Assembly: GCF_001194135.2 (NCBI RefSeq)
Contig: NC_068986.1
Coordinates: 69,101,014 to 69,138,473, forward strand
Source: Octopus bimaculoides
Taxonomy: Eukaryota
DNA: 37,460 bases
Direction of reading: 5' to 3'
Part shown: piece after piece, positions 34,606 through 37,460 of the stretch
How positions within the stretch are numbered: the stretch's first letter is position 1
Layout: each line of letters begins with the position of its first letter
Made by a program: the position numbers and the translations under genes
Notes under the pieces: model-generated
The model's input: only the letters and a program-made list of their open reading frames with translations
Told to the model about the DNA's origin: nothing
Database searches by the model: none

Positions 34606-34824
34606 GTGTCTTTGTCTCTGTGTTTCTCCTCACTACCGCTTGACAAGCGGTGTTGGTTTGTTTATTTTTTTTACGAACCCTAAGTTAGACGTTCGGCAAA
34701 AGAGACTTCTAGAATAAGTACCAGACTTTAAAACAAGTACAGGGGTCAATTTGTACGACTAAACCCTTCAAGTTGTTGCCTCAGCATGGCCGCTGTCCAA
34801 TCACTGATGCATGTAAAAGATAAA
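34606..34824 (+). mobile_element. SINE family A tail
   Basis: accgcttgacaagcggtgttgg...gttcggcaaaagagac...agaataagtacc...cagcatggccgc. Confidence 0.88.
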
Positions 34825-34917
34825 GGTAAATGACTAAATATGGATCAGAAGAAGAGAGATGGGGTAAAAAGAAAAAAAAGCTTCCATGATATTTTTAGAA
34901 CGACAAAAGTGACTGGC

Positions 34918-35047
34918 TCTCTGTCGGCTGCGACGACGCGTGTTCCACTTGTTTTGTAATAAAGTACCTTGCTCAAGGACACAACTCGCCGCGGAGAATT
35001 GAACTCACCACCTTACTATCGAGAGTCGAATACCCTAAACACAAGTG
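34918..35047 (-). mobile_element. SINE family C, internally deleted (tRNA head joined to the 3' end)
   Basis: The minus strand reads ...gtgagttcaattctccgcggcgagttgtgtccttgagcaaggtacttt (B-box plus a V-domain-like motif), joined to the family C terminus. Confidence 0.7.
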
Positions 35048-35193
35048 AGAACACTTATAATTTTTAAGGCACAAAGCACTGGGCCGACTATACAGCTAAT
35101 CTTAAACATCTAGGGCATCAGATCAGGGGATCTTATCTGGAGTCAACAATGTTTAATAAGTGCACATAGACAAATATGAGCACTATGAACATA

Positions 35194-35790
35194 TGAGGTC
35201 TGATCAATAAGTATCCCCACTGTTGCTATAGTAACGAAGCTAAAGCACAGAGAGTGGAACTGCTCGGCACAGATTGACAGTGAACTCTGCTGTGCATGCG
35301 CACTAAGTTTTAACGTTCTAGCTCACTTCCTCTGTTTACGGCAGTGCTTGGAAGGACGGTGTGTAGCGTATGATCATCGCATTGAAAATGACAGAGGAAG
35401 TTGAGCAGAGAATCTGCATCAAATTTTGCCAAAAGCTTCACGATACCTGCTCAGAAGCCTATACAATGTTCTCAAAGAGTTTCCATCGTTCTCGACACAA
35501 TCAAGGAGATCTTATGCAACTGAAACCCGAGTGTCTTTTTGGTCAGCTGAAAGCAGTTTTGGCACAAACTTGGCAGACACGCGTCTCATACCCAAATCTT
35601 CAGTGATAATGGACTGAACTGAACCGTAATTAATCTGCACATCCTCTGATAACTTACGGATGATAATTCGACGATTTTTCCTCACAGCTGCACGCACATC
35701 TGTGATGTTTTTCTTAATTCTGCTGGTTGCGGGTCTCCCAGAACGTTCGTCAATATCGACATTTTTTCTGCCATCTTGGAAACGTCTGAA
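35194..35790 (+). mobile_element. Mariner 5' half with an inverted internal transposase segment
   Basis: TA plus TIR tgaggtctgatcaataagtatcc. The plus strand from 35388 reads MTEEVEQRICIKFCQKLHDTCSEAYTM. The minus strand from 35790 to about 35480 reads FRRFQDGRKNVDIDERSGRP...TEDLGMRRVSAKFVPKLLSADQKDTRVSVA*DLLDCVEND. Confidence 0.9.
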
Positions 35791-35872
35791 ATTAAAAAAA
35801 AAGAAAAGAAAGGACGTGANNNNNNNNNNNNNNNNNNNNNNNNNNNNNNNNNNNNNNNNNNNNNNNNNNNNN

Positions 35873-35954
<82 letters not shown>

Positions 35955-36149
35955 TGTGTGTGTGTATAAATATACATACATACATACATACATACATACA
36001 TACATGTATACATTCAAATATTGAGGATGCAATTTTCTCGTAAGAGTTTTTTTTTTTTTAATCCGGACATCAGCTAATGTTATCAAATATATTGAAAGAA
36101 AGTTCCGCAATATATATGGATAAACTGTCCAATAACGTCCTAAGTTAAT

Positions 36150-36515
36150 AAAAGAAAATGGAGAAGGAATATTTAGTGGATGCTTGGTCAATTTTATTTG
36201 TATCCCGGTAAAAGTAATACATAGAAGATTCAGGATGTAAAGGATGTAAAGGAAGCGAATCAACAAAAGAAATAAACATCACACTCTGATGAGGTCCGGA
36301 CTTAATGTGGGGTTATTTTACATCTAATATCGTTTGAATGGTGATGCTCGGAACCTAATGGCCGGATTGAAACATATGTAGGAGATTCTTTTATGTTTAT
36401 TTCTCTTGTTGATTCGCTTCTTTTACATCCTGAATCTTACATGTATTACTTTTTTTCATCGGGATACAAATAAAATTAACAAAGTACCCATTATATTCTT
36501 TGTGTATTTTCTTTT
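36150..36515. mobile_element. Fold-back element with ~125-bp arms capped by a hammerhead-like motif
   Basis: aattttatttgtatcccg..aaagtaatacat..aagattcaggatgtaaa..gaagcgaatcaacaa.agaaataaacat pairs with 36393-36477. More diverged arm extensions reach 36150 and 36515. Confidence 0.85.
36281..36385 (+). ncRNA. Type-I hammerhead motif with an enlarged stem-II loop and a damaged stem I
   Basis: CUGAUGA (36286-36292), GGUCCGG / 62-nt loop / CCGGAUU, GAAAC AUAU GUA (palindromic stem III ACAUAUGU; predicted cleavage after 36380). Stem I acact/ggaga has two A-A mismatches. Confidence 0.65.
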
Positions 36516-36525
36516 CTTTACTTTA

Positions 36526-36563
<38 letters not shown>

Positions 36564-36700
36564 GTCTGTATTCTCTTAGGAATTTAGAGTTAATTATGAG
36601 CGACCATTTACATGGCAGTAGGGTTGTGCAGGATCGCATATTGTTTTGTTCATTATCTTTTAAATCTTAAGGTGCTGCAGATTTTTTTCGTTCAAATAAC

Positions 36701-36910
36701 TTTTCTACTCTAGGCACAAGGCCTGAAATTTTGGGGAGGCGTCCAGTCGTTTAGATCTACCCCAGTACGCAACTGGTACTTAATTTATCGACCCCGAAAG
36801 GATGAAAGGCAAAGTCGACCTGCGTGGAATTTGAACTCAGAACGAAAAGACAGACAAAATACCGCTAAGCATTTCGCCCAGTGAGCTAACGTTTCTGCCA
36901 GCTCGCCGCC
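36701..36910 (-). mobile_element. SINE family B, full length, near consensus
   Basis: ctactctaggcacaaggcctgaaattttgggg...atcgaccccgaaaggatgaaaggcaaagtcgacc...ctgccagctcgccgcc. Confidence 0.95.
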
Positions 36911-36917
36911 TTCAATT

Positions 36918-37130
36918 ATTTCTACTCTAGGTACAAGGCCTTGAAAATATTTTGGGTAAAGAGGCTAGTCGATTATATCGACCCCAGTGCATAACTAGTA
37001 CTTATATCTATCGACCCCGGAAGGATGAAATGCAAAGTCGACCTCGGCGGAATTTAAACTCAGAACGCAGCGACAGACGAAATACCGCTAAGCATTTCAG
37101 CCGGCGTGCTAACGTTTCTGCCAGCCCGCC
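36918..37130 (-). mobile_element. SINE family B, second tandem copy
   Basis: Same orientation, immediately adjacent to 36701-36910. Confidence 0.93.
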
Positions 37131-37398
37131 CACAAGAACCCAAGTTCGGCCATACTTTGCTCTAGCCGGGCTGGTATGTATCCTGTTGCTCTAATAATAA
37201 TAGACATGTATCTGAAAGTATATCGTGGGTACTGGATCTGCAAACTCCTTATCAATATATGTATAAGACGAGCGGTTAATTGACAGATTCGTTTGAGCGT
37301 CGAATCGGCGCTCTTCGAATTGAAATTGTATTGAAGTCACTTTGCCTTCCATCACGTCGAGATTGATAACTACATTACCAGTGATATACTGGAGCCCA

Positions 37399-37401
<3 letters not shown>

Positions 37402-37460
<59 letters not shown>
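37402..37460. repeat. (CT)n microsatellite running off the window
   Basis: Seen directly. Confidence 0.97.

Noticed and set aside
5392-35997. Long ORFs in the supplied track that span N-runs or simple repeats (poly-Y/I, CV, HT, SL, ER peptides)
   Set aside because: They stay open only because Ns and microsatellites lack stop codons; there is no protein signal.
9530-37130. tRNA-like A/B boxes in SINE heads as tRNA genes
   Set aside because: They are fused to SINE bodies and tails, lack a complete cloverleaf, and are multi-copy and diverged.
37288-37319. Short hairpins (attcg/cgaat plus gagcg/cgctc; similar ones at about 12275-12345)
   Set aside because: Stems of 5-9 bp are expected by chance in 37 kb and have no supporting context.

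Overview
AT-rich eukaryotic genomic DNA from a gapped short-read assembly. About 13 N-runs are present, almost all bounded by microsatellites. I recognise no host protein-coding exon, rRNA, true tRNA gene or CRISPR array, and most supplied ORFs are microsatellite or N-gap artefacts. The window is a transposon- and repeat-dominated intergenic or intronic region. The tRNA-derived SINE families resemble those I recall from octopod cephalopods, so Octopus is the likely source (inference, not verified). Contents: (1) three SINE families, about 20 copies; (2) four mariner fossils (one near full length, one internally deleted, one with an internal inversion, one 3' end only), plus Tc1/mariner and hAT MITEs; (3) an R4/Dong-type endonuclease fragment abutting (TAA)n; (4) many microsatellites and a ~60-bp minisatellite. 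Two signals stand out. First, there are five or six unrelated type-I hammerhead ribozyme motifs of the minimal, palindromic-stem-III kind known from Penelope-like elements. Three sit in or cap inverted repeats (18.0-19.2, 26.9-27.1 and 36.2-36.5 kb), and in the 18-19 kb element the catalytic core is cleanly deleted from the opposite arm. Second, the 5' part of a mariner transposase ORF (9.84-10.2 kb) has become an almost continuous series of hairpins. Fold-back density is high across the window.
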